Shown: positions 8,965 to 17,736, counted from the stretch's first letter. The stretch is 50,316 nucleotides of DNA from a virus (IMGVR_UViG_3300032246_001342:1-50316), one strand, 5' to 3'. Numbers and translations are program-made. The notes: generated by a model not told the origin, from the sequence alone.

Positions 8965-9167
8965 GTCGCTTCCTTGCGCGCGGCCTCGATCACGGCGTTG
9001 ATCCGCGCCCGCAAATCGGCGTCGAACACGAACACGAGCGAACACGGCGTCCCGTCCGGGAGGTCGATATTTGCGGCGTGGACGCGGCAACCGGGCGCGG
9101 CGGCGCGGAGGATGTTCGCGGCGGTCACGATGCAACCCGCCACGATTTGTTGGTCTTGTTCGCTCAT
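8961..9167 (-). CDS. Hypothetical protein
   Basis: 68 aa, ATGA overlaps on both sides. Confidence 0.6.
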   Translation of the reverse strand: MSEQDQQIVAGCIVTAANILRAAAPGCRVHAANIDLPDGTPCSLVFVFDADLRARINAVIEAARKEAT

Positions 9168-9478
9168 CGTCGGATCACCAATTTGATTTCGAATTGGTCA
9201 CGGACCATTCGATTCGCTGATATTGTGCGATTGAACGGGCCTTGCGACAATTCAATCCGGGCTGGAATCAATTCGAACGTCGCTTCCGGTCGAGCACCCG
9301 GTCGAACGTTGCAATTCATCGCCTTCAACACCGGATCGGCGATGAAGACCGTCGCATCGGGTCCGCAAGCGATCATCACGCCTTGGATCGAAGCGAGTTC
9401 GCGATTTGCTTTTCGCAATTGAGCGTTTTCGCGCCGCAACGCGCCGATCATGCGTTTTTGGGTTTTGGTTTGGCTCAT
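9164..9478 (-). CDS. Hypothetical protein
   Basis: Start MSQTKTQ overlaps the ASCH stop (ATGA). Confidence 0.6.
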   Translation of the reverse strand: MSQTKTQKRMIGALRRENAQLRKANRELASIQGVMIACGPDATVFIADPVLKAMNCNVRPGARPEATFELIPARIELSQGPFNRTISANRMVRDQFEIKLVIRR

Positions 9479-10023
9479 GATCGCGCGGCCCTCCGACACA
9501 TGAGCGGGTCGCATCCGGGATGACACACGAGGCCCGACAATTCGCAAAGGTCGATGATGGCTTGCAATCGGACGGCGCGCTCGACCGGTTGTTCCAACGT
9601 CCAAAAACCTTGGTGTCCCATGCATGGGATCGGTTTGAGTCGAACAACGTCGCCGAGTTTCCATGCGAACCGTCCGGGTCCGTGGTTACCGAGCATGTAT
9701 TCTTCCCATGCGCGGCGGTCCGTGATGGTCGGATCGTCGGCGTTTGGCCCATACAACGCCTCGGTCGGAAGACATTCGACGAACCGCCCGACGGCAACGA
9801 GCGCGCCGAGCGGCGGTTGGCTTTCATATCCGAGGTCGATCCCGTGGCCTTTGAGTTCGTCGGCGAATCGCCGTTCGGCACGTTGCCACCGGCGCGACGC
9901 ATGGATCGCGACAAATTGCCCGGCGTACGCCTTCGGGAACCGCCATGATCGCGTCTCGTACGTCTTCGACCCGGCGGCGATGGCGGACGCCCACGGTTGC
10001 CAAAGCGAAATGGCTCTAAGCAT
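9475..10023 (-). CDS. ASCH (PUA-fold) domain protein
   Basis: AISLWQPWASAIAAGSKTYETRSW, VAIHAS, GRFAWKL, GHQGFW. Confidence 0.9.
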   Translation of the reverse strand: MLRAISLWQPWASAIAAGSKTYETRSWRFPKAYAGQFVAIHASRRWQRAERRFADELKGHGIDLGYESQPPLGALVAVGRFVECLPTEALYGPNADDPTITDRRAWEEYMLGNHGPGRFAWKLGDVVRLKPIPCMGHQGFWTLEQPVERAVRLQAIIDLCELSGLVCHPGCDPLMCRRAARS

Positions 10024-10405
10024 CGCCGCCCTTCGGTCGTTGGGACAACCCGCGCCATCCGCTCGCGTCGATTTCCCGCGTGAGTGCGTCGAGCGTTTCC
10101 ATCGCAAGACGACGACGACCGAATTCGTTCCGATCCATCATGCGGGACGCGCCGTTCATCGACCAAACACGGTCGTTGTACACGAACGCATTCACTTCGT
10201 CAATGGTTTTCCCGTCCTTGCCGTCGAGGACGCATACGCGGGCGAACGCGGCGTCGAGGCCGACCGTTGTGTAAACGATCCGCCATTCGAGGCGGACCCA
10301 TGAGAAGCGAGGATGAACCGCCGATCCTTTGACGTCCGTCGGCCCTTCCGGGCTGGCGTAGTTAGGGAGCGGTTCGAGGTTCGTGAGTTTGGTTACTTGC
10401 TCCAT
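10016..10405 (-). CDS. Hypothetical protein, first gene of the ASCH/TGT-like operon
   Basis: ATG 9 nt after the TACAAT box; overlaps the ASCH start. Confidence 0.65.
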   Translation of the reverse strand: MEQVTKLTNLEPLPNYASPEGPTDVKGSAVHPRFSWVRLEWRIVYTTVGLDAAFARVCVLDGKDGKTIDEVNAFVYNDRVWSMNGASRMMDRNEFGRRRLAMETLDALTREIDASGWRGLSQRPKGGDA

Positions 10406-10443
10406 ATCGGGCACATTGTACACGGGTTCGGACCACAAGGCAA
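10406..10443 (-). promoter_or_regulatory. Sigma70-type promoter with partial operator palindrome
   Basis: TTGCCT-17-TACAAT; GTGTACAATGTgccc at 10409..10423. Confidence 0.75.
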
Positions 10444-10464
10444 CTTCAACAAATCGCCCGCATC

Positions 10465-10508
10465 GTTTACGGTAGGCTTACCGTAAGAACGCCGATTTTT
10501 ACGGTAAG
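10465..10508. repeat. 32-bp palindromic element plus 5' extension, intergenic copy A
   Basis: gtttacggtagg-CTTACCGTAAG-aacgccgatt-TTTACGGTAAG. Confidence 0.85.
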
Positions 10509-10512
10509 CGCA

Positions 10513-12366
10513 TCAATCGACCCGCCGATCCCGTGGTCCGCTTTGGTTGGTCACGGCGACGCCGGAACCGTGGAAATTCACCGATCCGACGGGCGACGCC
10601 GATTGTGGCGCGCCATCGCCGCCCGCGACCACATCGAACGTCGTCACTTTCGCTTCGGTCAACATGAGCGATTCGGCAAAGTCCGGCGACGAGACGCCGC
10701 GCGATTTGAGTTCCTTTTTCGATTCGATTCGGACCTTGCCCGTTTCGGTTTCGAAATGTTGGACGACCGACAATTGAGCGATCAATTCGGCGTGGTTCGG
10801 GATGCTGATCATTTCGTCGGTTGGGTGTTGAATGCCCATTTCGACGTATTCGTACGCCTTCTCGAACCGCCGCCGGAGCTTCCACCATAGTTCGGCTTTG
10901 AGGTTCGAAAATTTGTCCTTTGCTTGCTTGCCGTCGTCCCAACGGTCCGTGGTCGGCGGGTTGCCAACGTTGACGCCTTTCACGTTGACACGGATCGGTC
11001 GGTCGGCGGATTGTGTCGCGCCCTTGATGCCCGAACCGTAACCGCCCGCCGAGTCATAAACGAACTCGGTCGCGCCGTGTTGTTCGAGTAGGTTGATGGC
11101 TTTCCATGCCGTCCGGGTCGTGTTGCCTTTGGTCCAATGGTAAACGGCGACCACGAACGGGCCTTGGCGGATCGTGAGGACGTTTTTCGAACCTCCTTCG
11201 TCGGCGACGTCGAGCGCGCCGCGAATCGAACCTCGTTTCGGAATCCGAAGTTCGACCGCCGCCCGAACCCATGCCGCCGGGATCGTGATGCCTTCTTGCG
11301 AGGCCGAATAGTCGATGTCTACTTCTTGGGCAAGGATCACCGGGTCGTGTTCGTATTTCCGGCGCATGGCCTCATACCACGGGTATTCGAGCACCGAACC
11401 TTCGGCATATTCGGGAACCGCCGCGCCGTGGCCCTCGGCGAAGACCGTCCCGTCGGGATTGCGAAGGACCCAACGATTTTTGCGCGGGTCGTCCTTCCAA
11501 CGGAACGTGAACACCGAAAACGCGCCCGAAAATCGCTTCTTGTAAAACACGTTCCCGATCCCGTTCGGCGTCGAGACGTAGATTTTGACGTCGGACGTAA
11601 GCGACAACGCGGCTTCGACCTTTTGAGGCCGCGCGATGAACGCCGCCTCGTCGATGACGTAAATCGACGCGCGACCGCCGCGACCGATGTTGTCGCCCGC
11701 TTCGCCCGTGATCGTGCTCCCGATTTCCGGGTTGATCAATTTCAAATAAGCGTAATGGAGTTTCGGTTTCAACCCGCGCGGGAGCATCCATTCGGGAATC
11801 ATGCGAAGAGCAAGGCGCAATTTTTCGAAAATGCTGTCCGGGTCGCCGGTTTTATCGACGAGGTCCTCTTTGCGTGATCCGACCGCGCCTTTGAATCCGG
11901 GCATGAACAACCAATGGTGAAGGAGGAACATCGCGGTGAGCCACGTCGCGCCAGCGTCGCGCGATTTTTCGACGACGCCGTCCTCTTTGCCTTGTTCACG
12001 GGCCTCAAACCATTTGATGAATTCGCGTTGTTGGCTCCACATCACGAGAGGCACGAACGGTTGCGTGATGCGCGGGTCGTACGTCCAAGCGTACGTGTCG
12101 AACCAATACGTGACGTCGTTCCGGCAACGCTCGCGCTCGTCGTGTTTGAGCGCGTCCGATGCTTCAACCCGTTCGAGGTGTTCGAGGCGTCGGCGCATTT
12201 CCGCCGCGATGGTTTCGTCGCGTGTCCGCTCCAATGCGTCGCGAATGAGTTTGATCGAACCGGACATGCCGAGCGGCGTCGCCATCCGGTCGCGCATCCG
12301 TTGATGGACGGGCGAACGCGATTGGTGTCGCTTGATCCGCTCTTTAGCTTTGGCTTTCAGACTCAT
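10513..12366 (-). CDS. terL: Terminase large subunit
   Basis: Walker A-like EKSRDAGAT, Walker B YVIDEAA, STPNG, nuclease ALDVADEG and SPDFAESL. Confidence 0.93.
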   Translation of the reverse strand: MSLKAKAKERIKRHQSRSPVHQRMRDRMATPLGMSGSIKLIRDALERTRDETIAAEMRRRLEHLERVEASDALKHDERERCRNDVTYWFDTYAWTYDPRITQPFVPLVMWSQQREFIKWFEAREQGKEDGVVEKSRDAGATWLTAMFLLHHWLFMPGFKGAVGSRKEDLVDKTGDPDSIFEKLRLALRMIPEWMLPRGLKPKLHYAYLKLINPEIGSTITGEAGDNIGRGGRASIYVIDEAAFIARPQKVEAALSLTSDVKIYVSTPNGIGNVFYKKRFSGAFSVFTFRWKDDPRKNRWVLRNPDGTVFAEGHGAAVPEYAEGSVLEYPWYEAMRRKYEHDPVILAQEVDIDYSASQEGITIPAAWVRAAVELRIPKRGSIRGALDVADEGGSKNVLTIRQGPFVVAVYHWTKGNTTRTAWKAINLLEQHGATEFVYDSAGGYGSGIKGATQSADRPIRVNVKGVNVGNPPTTDRWDDGKQAKDKFSNLKAELWWKLRRRFEKAYEYVEMGIQHPTDEMISIPNHAELIAQLSVVQHFETETGKVRIESKKELKSRGVSSPDFAESLMLTEAKVTTFDVVAGGDGAPQSASPVGSVNFHGSGVAVTNQSGPRDRRVD

Positions 12367-12979
12367 TCAACAACCCGATCAATTCGTCCACACCAAGGGC
12401 GGACGCCTCGGCCTCGCTTCCCCATTGTGCCAGCCATGCCGCCGTGCGGACGTATCCGGCGAGTTTCGTGGGCGGCAACGTGTGTTGTCCGGGTTCTTGT
12501 TGCGGGTTGGTTCGTTGCAATTCCTTTTGGGCGACTTGAAGCATTCGGAGCGCGACGTTTTGGACGGCGACCGAGATTTGCCGTTGGCGGTCGAGGTGTG
12601 CTTCGACCTTTTCTTTGTGGGCGGATTCACGGAGCCGCCGCGAATTGAGTTCGAGGAATGCGTCGTATTTCTCCGCTCGATCTTTCCAATCGAACCGCCG
12701 ATACCATTCCCACCATGACGACGCACATCGCCGATGCTCCGGGACGACCCGCCGGTGCTCCCTTTCGTAGCTTCGCCAAACCTTGTCCATCTTGCGCGAA
12801 GGTCCGGCGTCACGAAACACGCAAAAGGCTTCGTAGGCTCGGGACGACTCACCGGGAACCCGATCCCAAGGATGGAGCGAATCGGTCGGGTCTTCGATTT
12901 GATCATGGTCACGGCGTGGCATGGGTGCTCTGATTTTGCTCCATATTCGAGCGAAAGTTTGCTCCGAAGGTTGCCTCAT
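12344..12979 (-). CDS. Putative terminase small subunit
   Basis: Overlaps terL start; WDRVPGESSRAYEAF...WKDRAEKYD pattern common in genes upstream of terL; start could alternatively be 12922. Confidence 0.65.
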   Translation of the reverse strand: MRQPSEQTFARIWSKIRAPMPRRDHDQIEDPTDSLHPWDRVPGESSRAYEAFCVFRDAGPSRKMDKVWRSYEREHRRVVPEHRRCASSWWEWYRRFDWKDRAEKYDAFLELNSRRLRESAHKEKVEAHLDRQRQISVAVQNVALRMLQVAQKELQRTNPQQEPGQHTLPPTKLAGYVRTAAWLAQWGSEAEASALGVDELIGLLNESESQS

Positions 12980-13009
12980 GCTCGAAGACCGTGTACAATG
13001 TACATTGTA
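12971..13009 (+). promoter_or_regulatory. Sigma70-type promoter/operator with overlapping opposite-strand -10
   Basis: TTGCCT(12971)-17-TACAAT(12994); GTGTACAATGTACAT; 12994..13009 TACAATGTACATTGTA is a perfect palindrome. Confidence 0.75.
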
Positions 13010-13030
13010 ATCGACGGAGCAAGCACGGAC

Positions 13031-13879
13031 ATGACCACTTTTGGAATCGAAATCGAAATCGTAAACGACGGCAACGTCACCCAATCCCAAATCGCCGCCG
13101 CCATCACCGCGAACGGCGTTCAATGCAACGTGGAGAACTACACCCACAACACGCCGCGCAACTGGAAGGTCGTCACCGACGCATCATGTGGGTTCGAGGT
13201 CGTCTCGCCGGTTCTCGACCCGCGCAACGGCGACGGTTGTTGGACCGAAATCATGGCGGTTTGCAACGCGCTCAACGCGCTCGGTGTGAAGGTCAACAAG
13301 AATTGCGGCCTCCACGTTCATTTGCACGTCGCAAACATGAACCCGCGCAACGTCGCCGCGTTCGTTGCCAAATACGTTCGAAACGAGCATTTCATCGACC
13401 TCGCGATGCCGAAATCGCGCCGATTGTCGAACAATCGGTTTTGCCGATCCAACCTTGGTTATTCGGTCGCGACCGATCCGACGGCGTACATGGCGCAAGT
13501 GAACGAATGCCTCGCCCGCCTTCGAACGGTCCGAACGTTCGATGATCTGCGCCGCCAAACCCACAACGGACAAGACCGATACGTCAAGGTGAACATGATG
13601 GCGTTCAGCCGACAAGGGACCATCGAAATCCGCCAATCCGCCGGAACGACCAACGCCGAGAAAATTTGCATGTGGGTCCGATTCCTTCAATCCATGCTCA
13701 GGGAAGCGAACCAATCGGCATACTTCCGATCCATGACGCATTACCTGTTGACCGCCGACCGCGCTTGGGGTTCTTTGTGGCGGCTCGACGACCGACCGGC
13801 GACCATGTGGTTCCTCAAGCGAATGAGGAAATTCATGACCCTCGAAGGGATCGACGCCGAGGACGCCGTGATCGCGTAA
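13031..13879 (+). CDS. Putative amidoligase (COOH-NH2 ligase, glutamine-synthetase-like fold)
   Basis: TFGIEIE, WKVVTDAS, FEVVSPVL, VNKNCGLHVH, RYVKVN, GTIEIRQSAGT. Confidence 0.9.
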   Translation: MTTFGIEIEIVNDGNVTQSQIAAAITANGVQCNVENYTHNTPRNWKVVTDASCGFEVVSPVLDPRNGDGCWTEIMAVCNALNALGVKVNKNCGLHVHLHVANMNPRNVAAFVAKYVRNEHFIDLAMPKSRRLSNNRFCRSNLGYSVATDPTAYMAQVNECLARLRTVRTFDDLRRQTHNGQDRYVKVNMMAFSRQGTIEIRQSAGTTNAEKICMWVRFLQSMLREANQSAYFRSMTHYLLTADRAWGSLWRLDDRPATMWFLKRMRKFMTLEGIDAEDAVIA

Positions 13880-13903
13880 GCGGTCCGGCTCCGTTGATTG
13901 CCC

Positions 13904-13936
13904 AAAACGCCCGGTTTTTGCCGGGCGTTTTTGTTT
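13904..13936 (+). terminator. Intrinsic terminator
   Basis: AAAACGCCCGG-tttttg-CCGGGCGTTTT with T-rich tail. Confidence 0.8.
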
Positions 13937-13944
13937 GTGGTTCA

Positions 13945-13982
13945 TGCACAATGAACACGAGGCCGTGTACAATGTGCCCGTC
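13945..13982 (+). promoter_or_regulatory. Promoter with partial operator palindrome
   Basis: GTGTACAATGTgccc at 13965..13979, ATG 9 nt after TACAAT; -35 weak. Confidence 0.6.
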
Positions 13983-14102
13983 ATGGGAGCAAGCCAAACA
14001 CAACCCAAACCATCGTCATTCGCCTTCCGGCTCAAGATCGACCGCAAGGGAGAGGAAACGTTGCGCCGTGAACGACGACGCGATTCCGGGAGCCGCTGGT
14101 AA
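13983..14102 (+). CDS. Small ORF (39 aa, MGASQTQPK...), absent from the ORF track
   Basis: Starts at the conserved promoter-ATG spacing; its TAA overlaps the next ATG (TAATG). Confidence 0.45.
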   Translation: MGASQTQPKPSSFAFRLKIDRKGEETLRRERRRDSGSRW

Positions 14103-14530
14103 TGAAGGCCCACAAATGCGGTTTTTGCGGATCGACGTCGGTCGTGTCGATGTGCCTCGAATGCGAGAAAACCAACGTCGTTGGCGCGACGCCGTTCAAC
14201 GGATGGCCCTCGTTTGGGTCGTGGGCGTTCATATCCCGCCTCGACGACGCGGCGACGTCTTCCGAATGGGCGGAGGCCGCGCGGACGGTGTGGGCGCGTC
14301 ACAACCTCAACACGCGGCAAACGCGCAAAGCGTCCACGGATGCGCGCGCGGCACTTGCGACCATGATCCGCGACGACATGGACAACGAACGTCCGCTCGA
14401 CGGCCTCGCCGCCGACATATTCGACCATGAGGTCGCCCGAATGGATTTCGACGGCCTCGCCGACGCATTACTCGGCTTGCATGTTGCCGAATACCGACCA
14501 ATCAACCCGAACATAAGGATCGACCAATGA
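14102..14530 (+). CDS. Hypothetical protein with N-terminal Zn-ribbon (CxxC...CxxC)
   Basis: CGFC...CLEC; coupled to neighbours. Confidence 0.65.
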   Translation: MKAHKCGFCGSTSVVSMCLECEKTNVVGATPFNGWPSFGSWAFISRLDDAATSSEWAEAARTVWARHNLNTRQTRKASTDARAALATMIRDDMDNERPLDGLAADIFDHEVARMDFDGLADALLGLHVAEYRPINPNIRIDQ

Positions 14531-14778
14531 CACGACTCCAAACCATCGCCGAATTCATCATCGCGAACGACAAAGGCAGTTCGCAAACGACAATGGAACG
14601 GGCGGACGCGACGTTTCTCGTTTCCATCGCTCGCCAAACCGAATTGGTCCGGGACCTCCAACGCCGATTCTATGCGGGCGAAAAAACGATCCTCGGCGAA
14701 TGCAAAGCCGCCGAACGCGCCCTCGACGACATGTTGAACGGCGACCAACCGACATTGACGTTCGGAGGCGGATCATGA
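14527..14778 (+). CDS. Hypothetical protein
   Basis: ATGA overlaps on both sides. Confidence 0.65.
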   Translation: MTRLQTIAEFIIANDKGSSQTTMERADATFLVSIARQTELVRDLQRRFYAGEKTILGECKAAERALDDMLNGDQPTLTFGGGS

Positions 14779-15191
14779 ATGAACAAGGCGATTTGTTCGC
14801 GCAACCGCCAATCGTTCGCAAAAAACCCGGCGGCGTGATCGGTGAACACGCTCGGATGAACCGCCAACGCCAGATCGAAAAACGCAACGCGCGGATCGGC
14901 GAGCCGACTGGCAAATTGTCCATCGAACAACGGTTCCGGGAATTCCACGCCGAGAATCCCCAAATCTACCGGCGACTCGTCACCCTCGCGCGGGAAATGC
15001 GCCGGAAGCGGGAACATTGGGGAATTCGACCTTTGATCGAGATCGTTCGGTATGAACACGCCATGACGACCGATTCCGACGACGGGTTCAAGATCAACAA
15101 CGATTATTGCTCGCGATACGCGCGGTTGATCATGGAATCGGAACCGGGACTCGACGGGTTCTTCGAAACGCGGGAATTGAAGGCTTTATGA
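14775..15191 (+). CDS. Hypothetical phage protein
   Basis: SD GGAGG; FREFHAENP...FKINNDYCSRYARLIM...FFETR pattern. Confidence 0.7.
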   Translation: MNEQGDLFAQPPIVRKKPGGVIGEHARMNRQRQIEKRNARIGEPTGKLSIEQRFREFHAENPQIYRRLVTLAREMRRKREHWGIRPLIEIVRYEHAMTTDSDDGFKINNDYCSRYARLIMESEPGLDGFFETRELKAL

Positions 15192-15484
15192 CGGTCCTCG
15201 AAATCCGCAACGTCGCCAAAACGCGCAAGGCGTGGCGATGCGATGGATGCCACCGCCGGTTTCCCGCCGGAAGCCCGAAGGAACGGCAACGGATCGTCGG
15301 CGACGACGGACCGTATTCCATCCAATGGTGTCCGACGTGCCAAGGCATTTCGGACGGGCTTTTCGCTCTTGGCGCAGAGCGTGACAATTGGCACGAGGAT
15401 GTCCTCGAATCCATGCAATCCGAATTCGGAACATGGGAATCGGCAGACGCCAAATTTGGGACGGTGACGCCATCAAACGAGTGA
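15188..15484 (+). CDS. Small Zn-finger protein
   Basis: KTRKAWRCDGC...WCPTC. Confidence 0.65.
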   Translation: MTVLEIRNVAKTRKAWRCDGCHRRFPAGSPKERQRIVGDDGPYSIQWCPTCQGISDGLFALGAERDNWHEDVLESMQSEFGTWESADAKFGTVTPSNE

Positions 15485-15486
15485 TC

Positions 15487-15693
15487 ATGATCAAAACGCC
15501 CGAACGAACGTTGGCGGTTCATCCGGGCGATGATTTCGATTGCTTTTTCGGAACGTGGTCATATAACGACCTCGAACGGTTGATCGCTTCCGGCTCCGTC
15601 CGCGTGTCGAACGAAACGACGTGGTTCGAACCATCGCTCGGCGACCCTTTGCCATACCATCGCGACCACAAACGCGCGCATTCCAAACCATGA
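15487..15693 (+). CDS. Hypothetical protein
   Basis: Fills the operon gap; start uncertain (15481 GTG or 15487 ATG). Confidence 0.5.
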   Translation: MIKTPERTLAVHPGDDFDCFFGTWSYNDLERLIASGSVRVSNETTWFEPSLGDPLPYHRDHKRAHSKP

Positions 15694-15707
15694 AGAAACA
15701 ACCACGT

Positions 15708-15746
15708 TTGACAAAACCAACCCGAACGGTGTACAATGTACACGAT
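15708..15746 (+). promoter_or_regulatory. Sigma70-type promoter with perfect operator palindrome
   Basis: TTGACA-18-TACAAT; GTGTACAATGTACAC at 15729..15743. Confidence 0.8.
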
Positions 15747-16475
15747 ATGGGAGCAAGCCAATCCAAAACCGGCGGGATCGTCCGCGCGACCACGTACCGG
15801 ATCACCGACAACAAAAGCAAACGCGGCCTCTATTTCGCGTACGGATCGAACCTTTGCCTTTCGCAAATGCTCGGTCACCGATGCCCGAAGGCGCAACCGC
15901 TGTTCAAAGCGCGGCTCAACAATTGGCGGCTCGCGTTTCGCGGATGCGCCGACGTGGAACGCGCGCCGGGCGAATCCGTGACGGGCGGCGTGTTCGAAAT
16001 CACGCCGGAATGTGAAGCGGCCCTCGACCGATACGAGGGATACCCGAACCTCTACACCAAAGCAACGGCGAAAATCAAACTCGCCGACGGGACGCCGCGA
16101 ACGATGATGTTCTATGTCATGACGCGCCAAGCGTACGAATCGGGTCCGAACGAATCGTATTTCGACACGATCCTCAAAGGTTACGCCGACTTCCAAATGT
16201 CGGACGCCGAATTCGACGCATTGCTCGCCGCCGCCGAACGCGCCGATTCATCGGAACAACGGTTTCGATTGGAAAATCCCCACATGGTCCGCAACAAGCG
16301 CGGTCGATATGAATCGCGTCCGTTCCTGACGGCGCGCGACCTCCAACGCGAAACCGTGAGGCCGTACACCGACAATCAACTCGAATTGTTCCTCACCGAG
16401 CACGGGATCGAACCGCGCGATTTCGAGGACGATCAATACCTTTCCGACCTTATTGGAACACTCGCCGATGAATAA
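15747..16475 (+). CDS. Gamma-glutamylcyclotransferase (AIG2/GGCT-like)
   Basis: YFAYGSNL, WRLAFRGCADV, VTGGVFEI, LDRYEGYP. Confidence 0.9.
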   Translation: MGASQSKTGGIVRATTYRITDNKSKRGLYFAYGSNLCLSQMLGHRCPKAQPLFKARLNNWRLAFRGCADVERAPGESVTGGVFEITPECEAALDRYEGYPNLYTKATAKIKLADGTPRTMMFYVMTRQAYESGPNESYFDTILKGYADFQMSDAEFDALLAAAERADSSEQRFRLENPHMVRNKRGRYESRPFLTARDLQRETVRPYTDNQLELFLTEHGIEPRDFEDDQYLSDLIGTLADE

Positions 16476-16662
16476 TAACTCGAACCTCCGCCGCATCATG
16501 CGGGATCACCGATTGCGACGGCAGGACGTCGCCACGCTTACGGGTCGGTCGTTGAACGCCGTCGCGTCGTGGCTCCGGTCGCCGACGACGTCGGGATTCC
16601 GCAACATGCCCAAACACGCCCTCGAATTGCTGGAATCCAAAATCAAAGGAGGAACGGCATGA
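16468..16662 (+). CDS. Small XRE-type helix-turn-helix protein
   Basis: LRRIMRDHRLRRQDVATLTGRSLNAVASWL. Confidence 0.75.
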   Translation: MNNNSNLRRIMRDHRLRRQDVATLTGRSLNAVASWLRSPTTSGFRNMPKHALELLESKIKGGTA

Positions 16663-16862
16663 TCGGATCGACGATTTTGGTCCAACACCACGACGGGCGC
16701 ATCCTTTGCGGTCATTTCAACGACCGCGCCGTCCGCACGTCGCCACCATTGGACGACCGATATGTTGAACGGTTCCGACCGCTTGACGGGTTGGATTTGG
16801 ACAAATATCCGTTCCGGTCGGTCCTTTCCGACATTCGCCGACGGGAGGACAACGCCACATGA
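16659..16862 (+). CDS. Hypothetical protein
   Basis: SD AGGAGG, ATGA overlap. Confidence 0.6.
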   Translation: MIGSTILVQHHDGRILCGHFNDRAVRTSPPLDDRYVERFRPLDGLDLDKYPFRSVLSDIRRREDNAT

Positions 16863-17083
16863 TCACAGGCGAAGCCGTCGCCGAGTCGATCCGCCGGTTG
16901 CGGGATGAAACGTATCGGCTCACATGCGAGCAAGGCGTCGAAATCCATTTGCCGGACAATGCGTTCGACCAATTGGCCTTGTACGCCCGCGAATTCGGCG
17001 TCCATGTCACCGGGCGCGATGATCCTCGAATGACCTTCGAGGGTGTCGCCGTGTGGCGCAAGGGATCGTACGGTTTACGATAG
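16859..17083 (+). CDS. Hypothetical protein
   Basis: SD GGAGG, ATGA overlap. Confidence 0.6.
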   Translation: MITGEAVAESIRRLRDETYRLTCEQGVEIHLPDNAFDQLALYAREFGVHVTGRDDPRMTFEGVAVWRKGSYGLR

Positions 17084-17116
17084 GCTTACCGTAAGAAATC
17101 CCGATCTTACGGTAAG
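17073..17116. repeat. 32-bp palindromic element plus 5' extension, intergenic copy B
   Basis: gtttacgatagg-CTTACCGTAAG-aaatcccgat-CTTACGGTAAG. Confidence 0.85.
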
Positions 17117-17124
17117 CCGGGAGG

Positions 17125-17159
17125 TTGCCTTTCGATTGGCGACCATGTACAATGTACAC
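17125..17159 (+). promoter_or_regulatory. Sigma70-type promoter with near-perfect operator palindrome
   Basis: TTGCCT-17-TACAAT; ATGTACAATGTACAC immediately followed by ATG at 17160. Confidence 0.8.
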
Positions 17160-17348
17160 ATGCAACGAATCGCGACGTTTGAAATCATCAACACCAAGCC
17201 GGGCAAGGAATCGTTTTACGAGCGGTTCACCATCCGATACGACACGATGTTTCCGCCGCTTTCCGTTGCCCGATCCGAAGCCGAACGGATCATGTGCAAC
17301 ACCGGGCGACGGTTTACCAAAACCATGATCGTTCGCGTGTGTGAATGA
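17160..17348 (+). CDS. Hypothetical protein (probably leaderless)
   Basis: ATG 6 nt after the -10 box. Confidence 0.55.
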   Translation: MQRIATFEIINTKPGKESFYERFTIRYDTMFPPLSVARSEAERIMCNTGRRFTKTMIVRVCE

Positions 17349-17674
17349 ATTCGGCGCAAGGAAGACCAACCATGAATGGAATCAAACCAACCACCGCCAA
17401 GCGCGGATTTTTCGCCAACCTCGTCGCCCTCGTCGAACGACGCCGGTATCTCGACTCCGTCCGCGAATTGCGGCAGAACGTCCGGCCCGGCGACCGGGTG
17501 ACGTACATTTCCGAAGACGGTCGCCAATGCGACGGGATGATCCTCGATGCCCGGTATTACGGAAGCGGATCGGTTGAAGGAATGTTCCTTGCCGATGATT
17601 CGAGCACAATGGGTTGGAAACCATCGTCGTCGTTTTTGCCGATCCGTGATATGATCAACGCAACCGCGCGATAA
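17345..17674 (+). CDS. Hypothetical protein
   Basis: ATGA overlap; alternative start 17372. Confidence 0.6.
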   Translation: MNSAQGRPTMNGIKPTTAKRGFFANLVALVERRRYLDSVRELRQNVRPGDRVTYISEDGRQCDGMILDARYYGSGSVEGMFLADDSSTMGWKPSSSFLPIRDMINATAR

Positions 17675-17705
17675 GACGCGGGCGACGGAATTCCTCCCTC
17701 TCCTT

Positions 17706-17736
17706 GCCGGGCGCGCCAAGACGCCCGGCCTTTTTT
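17706..17736 (+). terminator. Intrinsic terminator between convergent operons
   Basis: GCCGGGCG-loop-CGCCCGGC then T6. Confidence 0.7.

Noticed and set aside
12734-13030. Long N-terminal extensions in the ORF track (amidoligase from 12734, GGCT from 15621, Sak4 from 30002, folE from 18601, portal from 7576)
   Set aside because: They overlap other genes or promoters; family motifs and SD/promoter spacing support the shorter starts
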